A stretch of 64,000 bases of DNA from Vicugna vicugna (lineage: Eukaryota), in assembly GCA_013265495.1 (NCBI GenBank), contig MU059614.1, forward strand, positions 1,837,601-1,901,600. Direction: 5' to 3'. The translations under genes were made by a program, and so were the position numbers. Positions 9,968-21,446 of the stretch are shown here, in pieces; position 1 is the first letter of the stretch, and each line of letters starts with the position of its first letter. Under the pieces are notes generated by a model. The model saw only the letters and a list, made by a program, of their open reading frames with translations. It made no database searches and was not told the DNA's origin.

Positions 9968-12019
9968 CTGGGCAGGGGCAGACAGCCTGTCAGGGGACAG
10001 ATGCCCGCCGGCAGCGGGCCCAGCTCCCTGCTTTCGCCATGTCCTTTCTACTCAGCTGGGAAGGGGAGGGACCCCACCTCTACCCACCAACACCCTTGGA
10101 GGGAGCCCAACAGCAGGAAAGAGCCACGGGTGGCCCACCTCTGAGGTGCCTCCCGTAATGGGAAAGACGCTGAGGGGAGTGTCACAATGGCCTGTCACGG
10201 GGACGAGGGAGCCCGGGTGCCCCCACCCCATTCAGGCATGGCCGCTGCCTGAAGGAGGGTGAGTGGGAGGTGGCCCTGCAGCTCCTGTGCACTGAGCAGT
10301 GGTGACAGAACAGACCAGGCCAGCCACTCCCCTCGGAAGGCTCAAGCAGGGAAATAATGTGGTCAGACCTATGTTTTAAGAAAAACACTCTGGTGGCTGT
10401 TGTGACGGATGGATCGGAGTGACAGGCCTGGGACTGCATGCGGGCAGGTGAGCTGGATGGCCCAGGTAGCACCTGTGAGCCCAGCCCCAGGAACTTAGCA
10501 ACCCATTCGGTGCAGGAGGCAGGTTGTGGGGATGCTGGAGGGCACCTCCACCTGCCCCAGGGCAGAGCTTCCTGGGCGGGTGGTGTGGGGTCCTGGCCGT
10601 GGCGGTCAGAGACAGACATTTCTGGGCTCCAGGGACCAGACCCTGAGGTCCCACCCTAAGCAGAGTGGCCTCTGGTCCCGCCTAAGTGCTCAGAACAGGC
10701 TCAGAAGCCCCCTGAGGTTGCAAGGGGCCGGGGCTGGGGGCTCCAGGGAACACTCATGGAAAGAGGGCAAAAGAGAAGGGAGCCTGTGAAGAGGCGCCCG
10801 AGGACGAGGGCGCCCACAGCGTCCACAGATGCTCAAAGCCAGGCCCTCTGGCCTGTGCACCTGTCTCCAGCGCGCACGAGAAAACCCATCTTCTCCCCCA
10901 ACTGTGAAAAAAGCTCAGGGAACAAACTGGGTGAGGCAGGGACACCGACTTGGAGACGTGTGGATTTTGGGAGTCAGTTCTTGTCAGGAAGATGCCGCCA
11001 AGTCTGTCTCCTCACACACACGCGTGCACACAAATGCACATGGTGCCTGTCCCTGTGGGCTGCAGCCCCGACGTAGAAGGGAGGTGCTTCTCCTGAGCCG
11101 CATGTGCCCAAGTGCGTCCGTCTCACACGCATGCACACACGCACGGCCTGCGACCCCCAAGGCCGTTAGTGTTCCTTCCCCAGCAGGGCCCTGACCTGCC
11201 ACACAGGGCGTCCCCCACATGCTCAGAAAGACCCTTGGCCTCTGCACCTGCTGGCCCTGTCCCAGGAATGACCACGTGTCCTGCCCCTTCAGTAGATGAA
11301 GGCGTGAACAAAGGACGCCTGCAGACAGCACGGGACGGGGGACCAACGGGAAGAGCCACCTTCAGTCCCCTCCTGCCTTTCTGTTCAAAGAGCTGCAGCA
11401 TCACCAGCAAGGACCTGACAAAGGTGTGACGCGGCTGCAGCTGCCCAGGCTGAGGACACCCAGTGGGCACGAGGGACACACCCTGGGTGCAGCCTTTAAC
11501 ACAGGACCTGCCCCTGAGCAGCATTCAAACCACAGGACAGAGACACCTAAATGACAGGCTCTCTGAACAGGCGGTACTGAAGCTGTGGGGTGAGGATGGC
11601 AGCCTCCTGGGCATCACACCCTGGGGCGTCTCTTGCTATTAAATTGAACGCTGTCCAGCCATCATGAGGTTCACCGACCACGGACGTTACCACACGGGGC
11701 AAGGACAGTTTCCCAACGTGGCCTCCAGCACCAAGAGTTCCAAAGAGAAGCTATTCCCGGTTGCACGGAAATCCAACGAGACCAAACAAGGAAATGCCGT
11801 GGCAGCCTGGGAATGCATGTCCAGAGCCACCCTCACCCGACCCGAGTGCAGCTGCCAGAGGGTCCAGGCCAGGCCCAAGGGAGATACCGGCCGCCACACT
11901 CGTGCTGACGGCTGACAGGCGCCCCTGCACCTGCCAGGCCTGGAGCGGGAAGGCTCACCTGAGGCAGGAAACCAAGAAGCCAAGTGGGGAGTGAGTGGGA
12001 TGTGGAGGATGGGGCTCAC

Positions 12020-12129
12020 CTGGTCACATCCGGGGCGGAAGTCGGGTGGACATGCTTCATGATGGTCTGGATCCAGTTCCGCCGGATTCCAGATGTCATA
12101 GCAGAGAGGGTGAAGGTGCCCTCCTTTGT
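12020..12129 (-). CDS. MPRIP: MPRIP exon 13 ([36 protein letters not shown]), end of PH2, 110 nt
   Basis: ttgtgcag|ACAAAG ... ACCAG|gtgagc. Confidence 0.97.
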
Positions 12130-14669
12130 CTGCACAAAAGACGGAGCGTTAGCAGTGCCATCACCGCTCCCTGCGAGAGTAAGTCCCGCAGGGAGGACTG
12201 CGGCCCAGTGGCTGCCCTGGGGGCGCTCTGTGTGCCCCACGCGGGATAGACAAGAGCTGGAGCAAAATCACAGATGCCCGTCTGCTGCCCTGGGTGTGGC
12301 ATCTCCTTCTGCCAGACGCAGCTGGTGTTTACTGGGAGCCTACAATGTCCAGCATCAAGATGCTCCCAGCTCTTTAAGGAGCGCCTGGACTGGGAGAAGG
12401 CGTGTGTGAGGAGTAGTGGGAAGGCAGCTACATGCATGAGGCGGAGCAGGCTTTGTAGGCTGAGGGGGCTGGCAGGTAGATGGGGAGAGGGTGCATGACC
12501 CAGGTTGGGGGGGGGACGCCATGTGGCCATACACCAGGCCTGTGGGGTGACCAGGGAGAGGACAGAGGCAGGCCCGAGGCTCAGCAGCAGCAGGGACTGA
12601 TGGGGGCTGTGTCCGTAGGGCTGAGAAGAGGCCGGGAGACCTCCTGGACCTGCTGGGCAGCTGTCCAGGTGATGAGAGCACAGAGGGTGGCTGAAGTGAC
12701 AAGTGACTGGTCAAAGCGCACAATGCGCCACTGACGGGACCAGGAGGGGGGAGTCGTTTCTAGGACGGTCCCTAGACCACCCCCGACCTGGCTGAGCTGG
12801 TGGGACGGCTTCTGAATGGCCTAGGGAGTAGAGCGCAGACAGGAGGGGGCGGCGTGGCCAGTGGGGACGAGTGGCCTGGGGACACAGTCCCTGTAGCCCT
12901 GAGCTGCTGCGCGCAGCACCTCCAGAGTCGAGGCAGGATGGCAATGCGGTGGGGGTGGCACATGCTCCCCACCCTGCACCCACAGGGCTCGTCTTACAGA
13001 AGTGAGGGTGTCAGAACTGCTCTCAGGCTGCTCGGGCTCCTCATAAATGGACCCTTTCACCACGCCTGCAAATCAGCTGACAGGAAGACGGGATGGGCAA
13101 GATGGTGCGGGACAGGAAGACACAAGAGAGCCTCCGCCCGGGCCCCGCCGCACGCCTGCAGGGCGGCCCCCAGCCCACATCTCCACTCATCTGTGGGGTC
13201 CCTCTCAAAGGAGGCTGAGGCTTGGGGCCCGGCCTCCAGGCTCTCGGAAGCACCCGCCCCTTGTGAGCACTCCCGAGTGCCCTGTTTGTGGAGTCTGATC
13301 TCAGCCGTCGTCTCCCGTGACCTCACCTCTCACTCCCAGAAGTTTTTTCCCAACCTGAGGTCCACACCCGTGGCGGCTATCTAACGTTTTGAGAGCCATC
13401 TCGGCCTCACACACAGTGCTGCCAGGACCCCACAGGCTCCACGTCTGTGATGCTGCCTCTGCTGTCAGACTTGCACACGTAGCTCGCCTGGCTCCGGGGC
13501 TCAAGCCCTCCACCTGCCCCACACCTCCCGACCTTGTCCAGGGAAGGACCTGCGTGCTCTTCCTCCATAGCCTCCCAGCTGCTCCTGTCGGTCCTGGCCC
13601 CTGCCATCCGCCAGGCACCTGGTCTCCTGCCTCCACCTCTGCCTCCTTCCTAACCAACCTGCACACCCTGCTGGACGCACCTCACTAACACACAGATGGC
13701 TCCACGCCCCACGCTTCCCACAACCTCAGGACAAGACCAACTCCTGACTCCACGCTCAGGCCTCCCTGGTGCTGTCCCCACTGGCTTCTGCAGCAGCTCC
13801 CCGGCAGGTGCCACTAGGTCTGGTGGCCGGGCCAGGGACAGTCCTGTCACTCAAGATCCTAAAGCTCCCTAGTGACGCAGCTGAGTCCCTCTCATGCTGA
13901 GCACGATCTCTACTTAGAACTCTCGGTCCACGGGGCTCATGGAAAAGTACCAGAACGTGGGATAAGCTCCCTGCCCCCCATCCAAGGTAAAGTGGAGAGG
14001 AGTCAGGCTGATGGGTGAGATCAGTCAAGGGAGCACAGGTGACTCAGAAATGCCTGTCCCTCACCGGGAGAGCAGGCGAGTTCTCAGACAGCAAGCCGGG
14101 ACCTGCGTGGCCCGGGCCAGGGCCTCCTGGCGCAGAAAGTGATCCCAGCACAATTAAGTTGTGACCTGCTCGGGGGTGGGGCAAACTCATACCCCCAGGC
14201 CCTGCCCAGAGACCCCTGCTCTCCAAGATGGGGAGGTGGGGGTGAGCGAGGGGCACCCAGCAAGGGGTCCAAAAAGCCAGAACTGGCACTGTCCCCACTG
14301 CTGTCTGCAGAAAAGGCTGAGGCCTGGGTCACTGGGCACATGCGTCCACCCCTCCTCAGGGACAAGGGGCAGGAGGGCGTGGCAGCGGGCTGCAGGGGCC
14401 ACCAAGATCGGTGCTGCCTCCAGCTCTGACCTGGTGCCCTACACAGATGTCTAGGGGGTCTAGGGTGCCCTACCAGAGGTCTAGGAGCCAGATTTCTCTT
14501 TTTAATAAACTCACTGGCCTTCAGGTCTGAGCTTGTCTCCTCTAAGTGTGATAGACACTGCTTATTCCCATGTGTTTGACCTACGCCGCGTCCAGATATA
14601 CAACTGAGTTTTGGGCCAAAAACCTGGAGACACGGCTCTGGTAAAGGACACGCTGCTGGGTCCTACCAC

Positions 14670-15240
14670 GCTGCTAAGGCTCTGATGAGGGAGGAATTAG
14701 CTTTCCCCAGAGAGAGGTCTGGCCTCTGTCCCAGCTCCTGGGAAGTAACCTCTGAAAACCTGACACTCAGAGCTGGTGCTGGCCAGACCAGAAAGACCAG
14801 CCCTGGAGTGAGGGCGGGGCTCTGGCCACAGGCAGGCAGCCAGCCTCCAGGGGAGGCCGGGAGACTGCGTTCCACCAGGTGGATGGAAACTCAATCAGCT
14901 ATGAATTCTTGGTGAAAACTCTGGACACAGAGGCTTGGGCCCAGGCTGGAAGCTCTGTGTCACCACATGTCAGAGCCCAGAGGGACACACACGTCCCTGA
15001 GGACAGGAAGCTTCACGTGTAGGGCCCCTCTTCAGTCCGATTCCACCGTGTCCTCTGGCTGGAGTAGAGATGCAGTGCAGAGTGCCATGTCTCTGTGTTC
15101 TGTGAGCCTTTCTGACTAATTATGGAACCTGAGGGTGGTTGGAGGCACCCCCCGCCAAACTTGCTGCTGGCGTCAGGGTGAGGACAGACACGGTCGGTGG
15201 CTAGGGGCCTGTGCCCTGACCTCAAGCCACCTGCTTTGAT
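14670..15240 (+). mobile_element. ERVL-type solo LTR, MER21/MER77-like (boundaries approximate)
   Basis: Segments aggtctggcct..ctcctgggaagtaacctct, ccagaaagacca, aaaactctggacac and gttctgtgagcc..gaacctgagggtggt match the recalled MER21/77 family consensus. Confidence 0.65.
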
Positions 15241-15752
15241 GAAATGGCCAGTGAGAACCGTCCCATCTGTCCAATCATTTTTTGAGGACGGGGCAATGCC
15301 TTACCCCTCTGAGTCCTTCACAAGATTGTCGGAAAAAAGACGTAGGAGTGGGTGGATGAATGAACGAATAAAGGAAAGAAGTGGATTGAAAACCTAGCAT
15401 TCTGAGATGTAACGGACAGTTTTGCTCTTATTCCCCCCCATCCCATGTCCTTCCAACTGTCCCAAACTCCAGCATTTAAAAGGGAGAAAAAGAAAAGAAC
15501 CTTCAGAAACAAAAGGCTTCCAGACAGTCTTGAGAAAAAAATGCTACTGTCTCATCTGTGTTCAGTTCACACAGATGAGTGGGGGTCAGGAGCGCCAGGA
15601 CAGAGAGGGACAGGGTGCATCACCAGCACTGGCGGAAAGGCCTGCCCAAAGGGTCCCTGGACCGGGACAGCATGTCCTTGGAGAAAGATGCCGGCCCATT
15701 AGGCCCGCAGCCCCCTGCCCCCCGCCTGCCTCCAGGCCCCACCATAGCTTAC

Positions 15753-15842
15753 ATGGATCTGAAAGCCATAGTTCCTCTGCACCGGATACTCAGTGACGTC
15801 GTAACACGTGGACAAGTCGATCTCCCCGTCCAGGTCAGCCGC
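15753..15842 (-). CDS. MPRIP: MPRIP exon 12 ([30 protein letters not shown]), PH2, 90 nt
   Basis: ctgcag|GCGGCT ... ATCCAT|gtaagc. Confidence 0.97.
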
Positions 15843-15983
15843 CTGCAGAGAGGGTGAGAGGATCTCAGCGATTCAGAAAGTAAGGGCCAGTGCCTTGTGA
15901 GTGTGCTGAGTGGGCATGGCTGCTCCCTGCCCTGCACCACCCAGGACCAGAGCCGCCATTCCCTGCACGTCCTCCCGAGACAC

Positions 15984-17215
15984 CATGGTTCTCAGACCTC
16001 CTTTATGCTCCTAAAACCTGAGGCCCCCAAAGGGCTCATTTAGGTGATGTTTATCTGTTGATGATCTGCCTAACGAGAAATTAGCTGCAAAAATTGAAAA
16101 AAGGAAACATACTTATTCACTCATTTAAGAAACAAACCCGTTTCATTTTTTAATAAAAAATATTCTTAAAAAAACCAGCAAGAAATGTTTGCAACTCTCT
16201 TCAACGTGCAGCTCCAGAGGACAGCTGCGTCCTCAGTTGCTGCTGCACCCGGTCTGTTGGCTGCGCTGCTCTGGCTGACGTGTAGGACCATCAGCCTCAC
16301 ACAGACCGGGCTGGGGAGGGGAGGTGCGTTTTATGTCTTTTCAGACAACTGTGGCTGGGCAACTGGCAGTTTCTTGAAGGTGAACTACAAAGTGGAATCT
16401 GAAATCCAGGAACTTTCTGTACCCTATTACAGCGAAGTCTGCTCTTTGCACGGATCTTCTGCCCACAAGTGGTTCTGTGGCGCCCTGTCACCTGGAAGAT
16501 ACCGACTTGGGCGTGTCTCCCAGACGTGACACCTCACGGTACAGGGTCAAACGCTGTGCTTGCTGTTGGCACCGCCTCCCGTCAGGAGAGTGGACACAAA
16601 GGAAGCTCTCAAGTTCACGATGGTGAACACGAGTCTCCAAAGCCCCAGTTTTGCCTGAAAGCTCAAACTGTACCACTGACGACAAGCTGTCAGTCGCCTT
16701 CCTTGAAGGAGAGACTCACTTGGTTCATTTCAGGAAATGTCTGCCAAGCCCCCGAACCGAGTGTGGTCTACCTGTCCGTTGTCTCTCAAGCAGAGACAGG
16801 CCACTGCGTCTCAGGGAGAGGCCTCTGGCTTGGGTGGCGCAGGCGGTGGGCAAGCGCTTCCCCGCAAGGTGGCCGGCACCCTGACGCGCAGCAAGTGTGC
16901 CTTTGGCCAACTTCCCGTTTTAAAACACAGGATGTTACAAAGATGGGTATTCAAGGGTTGAGACTTCATAAAATTAGTACTTCCACTGTTCTGTCAAGGC
17001 CCTTTCTTCAGCATCGTAAGTGTGTGGCAGCAAAGGACACGTGGCGGCCGGCCATCCGCTCCTATAGCCTGACCAGACTGAGGCACCAGCCGTGCACGCA
17101 CACGCCCAGACAGCAGGAAAAGGAAATGGCACCGCAGGTTTATAACAAAACTCCTGTTATAAGAAACCCTGGAAGGGCTTCCAGGGCCCCGGAGACCACG
17201 CTCTGAGAACAACCG
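15984..17215 (-). mobile_element. Charlie1a-like hAT DNA transposon relic with degraded transposase
   Basis: Ends resemble hAT TIRs (..ggttctca / tgagaac..). The minus-strand remnant HHRELESF matches the Charlie1 RHRELDSF motif. Collinear with the recalled Charlie1a consensus. Strand given is that of the transposase. Confidence 0.8.
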
Positions 17216-18008
17216 GACACTTACACATGCTTGTGCAGTCCCGGATTTCAGGCACCACCGGGGTCCTGGCACCCACACTAGCCTGCGTCGACCTTGTATC
17301 AGTAACACCCTTCCATGGCAGTCGGGAAAGAACTTAGTTTTGGGGGCTCAGGGTATGCAGACACGCATAACCAGCACCCCAGTGCTAGACATCTAGGTTC
17401 TGCTGTTACAGAAGTGCAGGAACGACACGTGTGGGACACAGAACTCCCTTCTGACGGGGGTGTCACTGCAGGGCTCCTGGGGTGGAGTGAGGGGAAAGGG
17501 ACAAAAACAGGCCAGCCAGACTGCTCAAGAGAAATGCATTTTTCTTATACGTAAAGACAAAAGAGCCCCTCTGGTTGGTCTTCGACTGTGGAATCAGGAC
17601 TCTCCCCTGGGCCAGCTGAGCTTACCTGTCATACCCCCTTCCTTGTCCAGAAGACAAGGGACAAGATTTAGTTCAGTTCTTTGAAAGACTCAAATCAGCA
17701 CAAAACTTCCTTGCAGAAAAAGCAAAACTGCTTATCCTGAGCTTTAAAATAAGACATCTTTCAGTGTTTTTCAAAGAAAAGCCACCAAGACTCCCTGCAC
17801 CCAGGAGCCTAAGGCAGGGCCCAGAGAGCCCAGTGTTCCAGCAGGAACCTGACCCAGGAACACCAGACCCGGACCGGGGAGCCCAGGACGGCCCAATGGA
17901 CACCAGCTGGCAGACAGAAGAGGACTTGGGCCCCAGAGCAGCGGTGGCTCCCAGGGCCGTGGGGACCCGCGGCTGTCTCCACAAGAGGAGCACAGCTGAG
18001 ATGCTCAC

Positions 18009-18077
18009 CTCCTCAGCTACGGAATCCCTGTAGTGTCTCAGGCTGTGATCAGCAAGCACAAACCAGTGTTTCTTCCA
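18009..18077 (-). CDS. MPRIP: MPRIP exon 11 (WKKHWFVLADHSLRHYRDSVAEE), PH2, 69 nt
   Basis: cttgtag|TGGAAG ... GAGGAG|gtgagc. Confidence 0.97.
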
Positions 18078-19058
18078 CTACAAGAGAAGGAAGATCAAGA
18101 CTGGACTCTCACACTTCCTGCTCTGGGGCAACCACAGCCAGAGTCCTGGGGCACCTCCCTGAGCACAGGTAAAGCAGAGGGCGGGCACCCCACTGCAGGT
18201 AGCAGACATACATGGGACTCTGCTCAGGCCGTGGGCAGCCATGCACACATGACCTCTCCCCAGTGACAAGGCAGCATGGAGAGCCAGAGTGGGCTGCAGG
18301 CCGTGGGCTCTCCACCCCACGGAGCTGTGGCTGGTGAGCAGTGCTTTGGAGTCTCAGCCTCAACTCCGGAGGCTGCAGACAGGGGCGGGGGCCCCAGAGC
18401 TGAGAGATGGCCACCTGTGAGCCACAGCCACCCCCTGGCTAACCAGAAGGGCGTGCCCACCTGCGGCCAGCAGGAGCAAACCAACCAGCCAGACTCCCCA
18501 GTCTTCACTGTGAGTAGCAAGGAGGGGGCTTGAGTCTTCAGGCAAGGCCGAGGGGGTTGACACAGAGGAGAGTGAAGAGGGCATTTCAACACAGTCGCTC
18601 AGGAGGCAGGGAGGGGAGCTCGGGCACGTGGGGTCTGGGGCCTCTCAGTCGGACCCGGCCGGCTCCTCTTCGCGCCTCCGTGGAGGCCTGGCCTCCCGGC
18701 CCCAAGCAGCTGCGAGGGGCTTGCTCTTCCCGCTCGAGTCTCCTGGCTCCTCTTAGGCCTGCGGCGGCCACGCAGCAATTAAGAGACCAGCAGGTGGGGA
18801 ACCAGGCCCCGGCTGAGGCCCCCACAGGGTGTGGAGACCTGGCTGTCACACTGGCCGTGGGCAGGTCTGGTGGGTACTCCCGGCAGCCCCCACCCCCTAC
18901 CATGCCTCCCCGTCTCTGAGAAGATGGGGTCTCGGCCACAGGGGCTGAGCTGGAGGTGGGGGCCGAGCCGGTGCTCACGCACCCACTGGGGACAAGGCCA
19001 GCTGGCCCTCACACCTGCTTCCTGGCACCTCAGGGGCACAGCAGGCCCTGACACTCAC

Positions 19059-19115
19059 CTGGCCATCCTCATACTGTTTGGTCAGCCAGCCTTTCTTGAA
19101 ATTCAGCAGGTCGGG
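19059..19115 (-). CDS. MPRIP: MPRIP exon 10 (PDLLNFKKGWLTKQYEDGQ), start of PH2, 57 nt
   Basis: tttcttag|CCCGAC ... GGCCAG|gtgagt. Confidence 0.97.
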
Positions 19116-20560
19116 CTAAGAAAGGGAGGAAAAACAGCAGTTCAGAGGAAAGTGCTGTGGTGTCCCAGCTGTGGGCAAAGGCTGACTGATGAGGCAGGCA
19201 TTTCTCTCCAGAGGAGGTGGCACCTGGAAAGGGGGCTTCTCCACCTGCCAGATATGCCCGCGTGGCCTCAGCCCTGGCAGGCGCTCTCTGGGGACCCTCC
19301 ACTGCACGCATCTTTGAGGGAGACACGGGCTCGGCAGATGTAGGGGGCTGCCCTGCGAGCAGCACAGCTCTGAGAAGCCCCTGATCCATCTGTAGGGCCG
19401 CCTGGGCAGCAGAGAAGAGCAGCCCAGACAGAGGCGCTCCGTGTTCACGCGGACGGGAAGATGTGCGACGATGGCTGAGAGCAGGGCTGAGCTGCTCTCG
19501 GAGAAGCCACAGGAAGACTGAGAGCAGAAGACTGAGCAGAGACAGCACCTGGCGCGGAGCAAGACGCAGCAGTAAACCTGCCAAGACCCGCAGGCCACTG
19601 ACCTGTCAGGACGCATCTGGGTCTCCATCTCCCTACAAGAAGCAGGACCAGGACAGCCGGCCCTGAAGAGGGCAACGTCCCTGCCGGTCCCGCTGAGCCC
19701 TGCGCACCAGGGCCTGGGGAGCAGCCTGAGAACCCCTTCAGGGCCCCCGTGGCCCACCTGAGCCTGGCTGTGCCACACACCTGGTGGCGGCAAGGCCAGT
19801 GTGCAAAGAGACGTGGGCCGCCCTTACCTTCAGCCCACGTGCCCTCCACTTTGCTATCGCCATCCTGACCAGAAACGGGCTGGGACGTCTTCTCACGTCC
19901 CAAGGACTGGGAGGGAGTTCGCGAGGACAGGTGCCACATGTCAGGACCACAATCAGCCACACGTGTTCTGGGAACCTATGCTCCCAGCCCTCAAGCGAAA
20001 CCCAGACTCAAGGGAAGCTCGGTTTCCTCCAGGACAGAAACTGATCTGCTGCCCTGGCCTGGGGATGAGCAGCACCAGCTCCGGGCTCCTCAGAAGGCCA
20101 AGGACAAAGCGGAGGAGCCCAGGCGAGCAGCTGTCCTCACTCCCGGGGCTCTGACTTGCAAACAGGGCTCCCTGAGGGAGGGACAGTCCCACTGGACTCA
20201 TCTGACCATGGCTCCTGTGCCCTGGAGCAGAGGCCTCACTCCCACTGGAGACCCCACAAACAACACAAGCATTGAGCAAGAGGGGGCTCCTGCCTCCAAG
20301 ATGTCCCCAAACCAACACTCCAACAAGAAGAACAGAAGGTCCCAGCTGTGGCTCTGGGCCCCTGGAGCCAGAATTCCGCTGCCCTGGCCAGGTGGCCTCC
20401 TCCCCTGGGGACCTCAGAGCTCAGGATGGCCACGTAGCCCAGAGAGGGGGCAGAGTGGGGACAGCCAGCAGAGGCACGGGAGAAGCAGACAGAGAGCCCA
20501 GGTGACAGAAGCGGCGGGAGCAGCGCTTCCAGCCCTCGGAGCACGGGTGCCTGGGCTCAC

Positions 20561-20665
20561 CGTCAGGGAGGACTCCGTGGACCTCCTATCCAGGGACTTG
20601 GCTCTTCGGTGTGGAGACAGTGGGGAGGCCGAGGCTTCCGGGAGAGGAGCATCGCTGGGGAGGTC
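20561..20665 (-). CDS. MPRIP: MPRIP exon 9 (DLPSDAPLPEASASPLSPHRRAKSLDRRSTESSLT), 105 nt, phase 0/0
   Basis: gccacag|GACCTC ... CTGACG|gtgagc; matches recalled SPLSPHRRAKSLDRRST segment. Confidence 0.93.
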
Positions 20666-21304
20666 CTGTGGCAGAGAGCAGCCCCGGTCAGTACAGCCAG
20701 CCCCTCGGCAGCCAGGCTGCTGTCTGGGCTCCCTCGGCCCCTCTGCCAGAGTGCAGACAGGGCCCGCGGTGGGCTTGGAGCCTCCCTGAGGATCAGAGCA
20801 GCCTTCTCTTCAGAGGCACCAGCCGCATCACTCTCCCGGTCCCCATCTCCCCCGGCCTCATAGGGTCACAGAGGGAAGACGCCGGGCCCTGTGCAGAAAG
20901 CAGCAGGGCACCTCCGAGCCCAGAGAGAAGCAGGGAGTAAGATGAAGGTCGGACCCGGCGGGCAGCCCAGGAGAGGAGGGATTCAGAAGTGGAATCCACC
21001 TGGCAGACGGAGCAGAGATGCGGGCCGTGGCCACTGCCCGGAAGACAGGAGGAAGGTATTCAGCCTCGAGGCCGGAAGGCCCCAGAGAAGAAGAGAGAGG
21101 CTCTGACACCCTGGGATGGAGAGCTTGTTAGAGCGGCCCTCAGCGGAGACGCACAGAGTTCTGAGCAGAAGATGCACAAGAAAGGCCTCGCCCTTAAGAA
21201 AGTCACTCATTGGAGATGAGACACGGAAGTAAGGAGAAACGGGGGCAGGAAGCCCGCGGAAGCGCATCCAGGCGCACAAGGGTCTCGGGAGCCCGAACGC
21301 TCAC

Positions 21305-21446
21305 CCGCTTCCTGGGGGGCACCCTCTTCTCGCTGCGGCCCTGGCGTGTGTCACTGGATGGTGAGGACCCAGCCGACGAGTTGGTCTCCATGTGCTCTGC
21401 CTTCTCGATGTCCAGGGCCTCAAACTTCTCAATGACCTGGGACCTC
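21305..21446 (-). CDS. MPRIP: MPRIP exon 8 (RSQVIEKFEALDIEKAEHME...PRKR), 142 nt
   Basis: ttttgcag|GAGGTC ... AAGCGG|gtgagc. Confidence 0.97.

Noticed and set aside
16469-17206. 245-aa plus-strand ORF
   Set aside because: Antisense to the decayed Charlie1a transposase; a chance ORF.
20793-20890. Possible acceptor tgctttctgcacag|G in intron 8
   Set aside because: No convincing donor, and the frame reaches a stop; looks like a decoy site.
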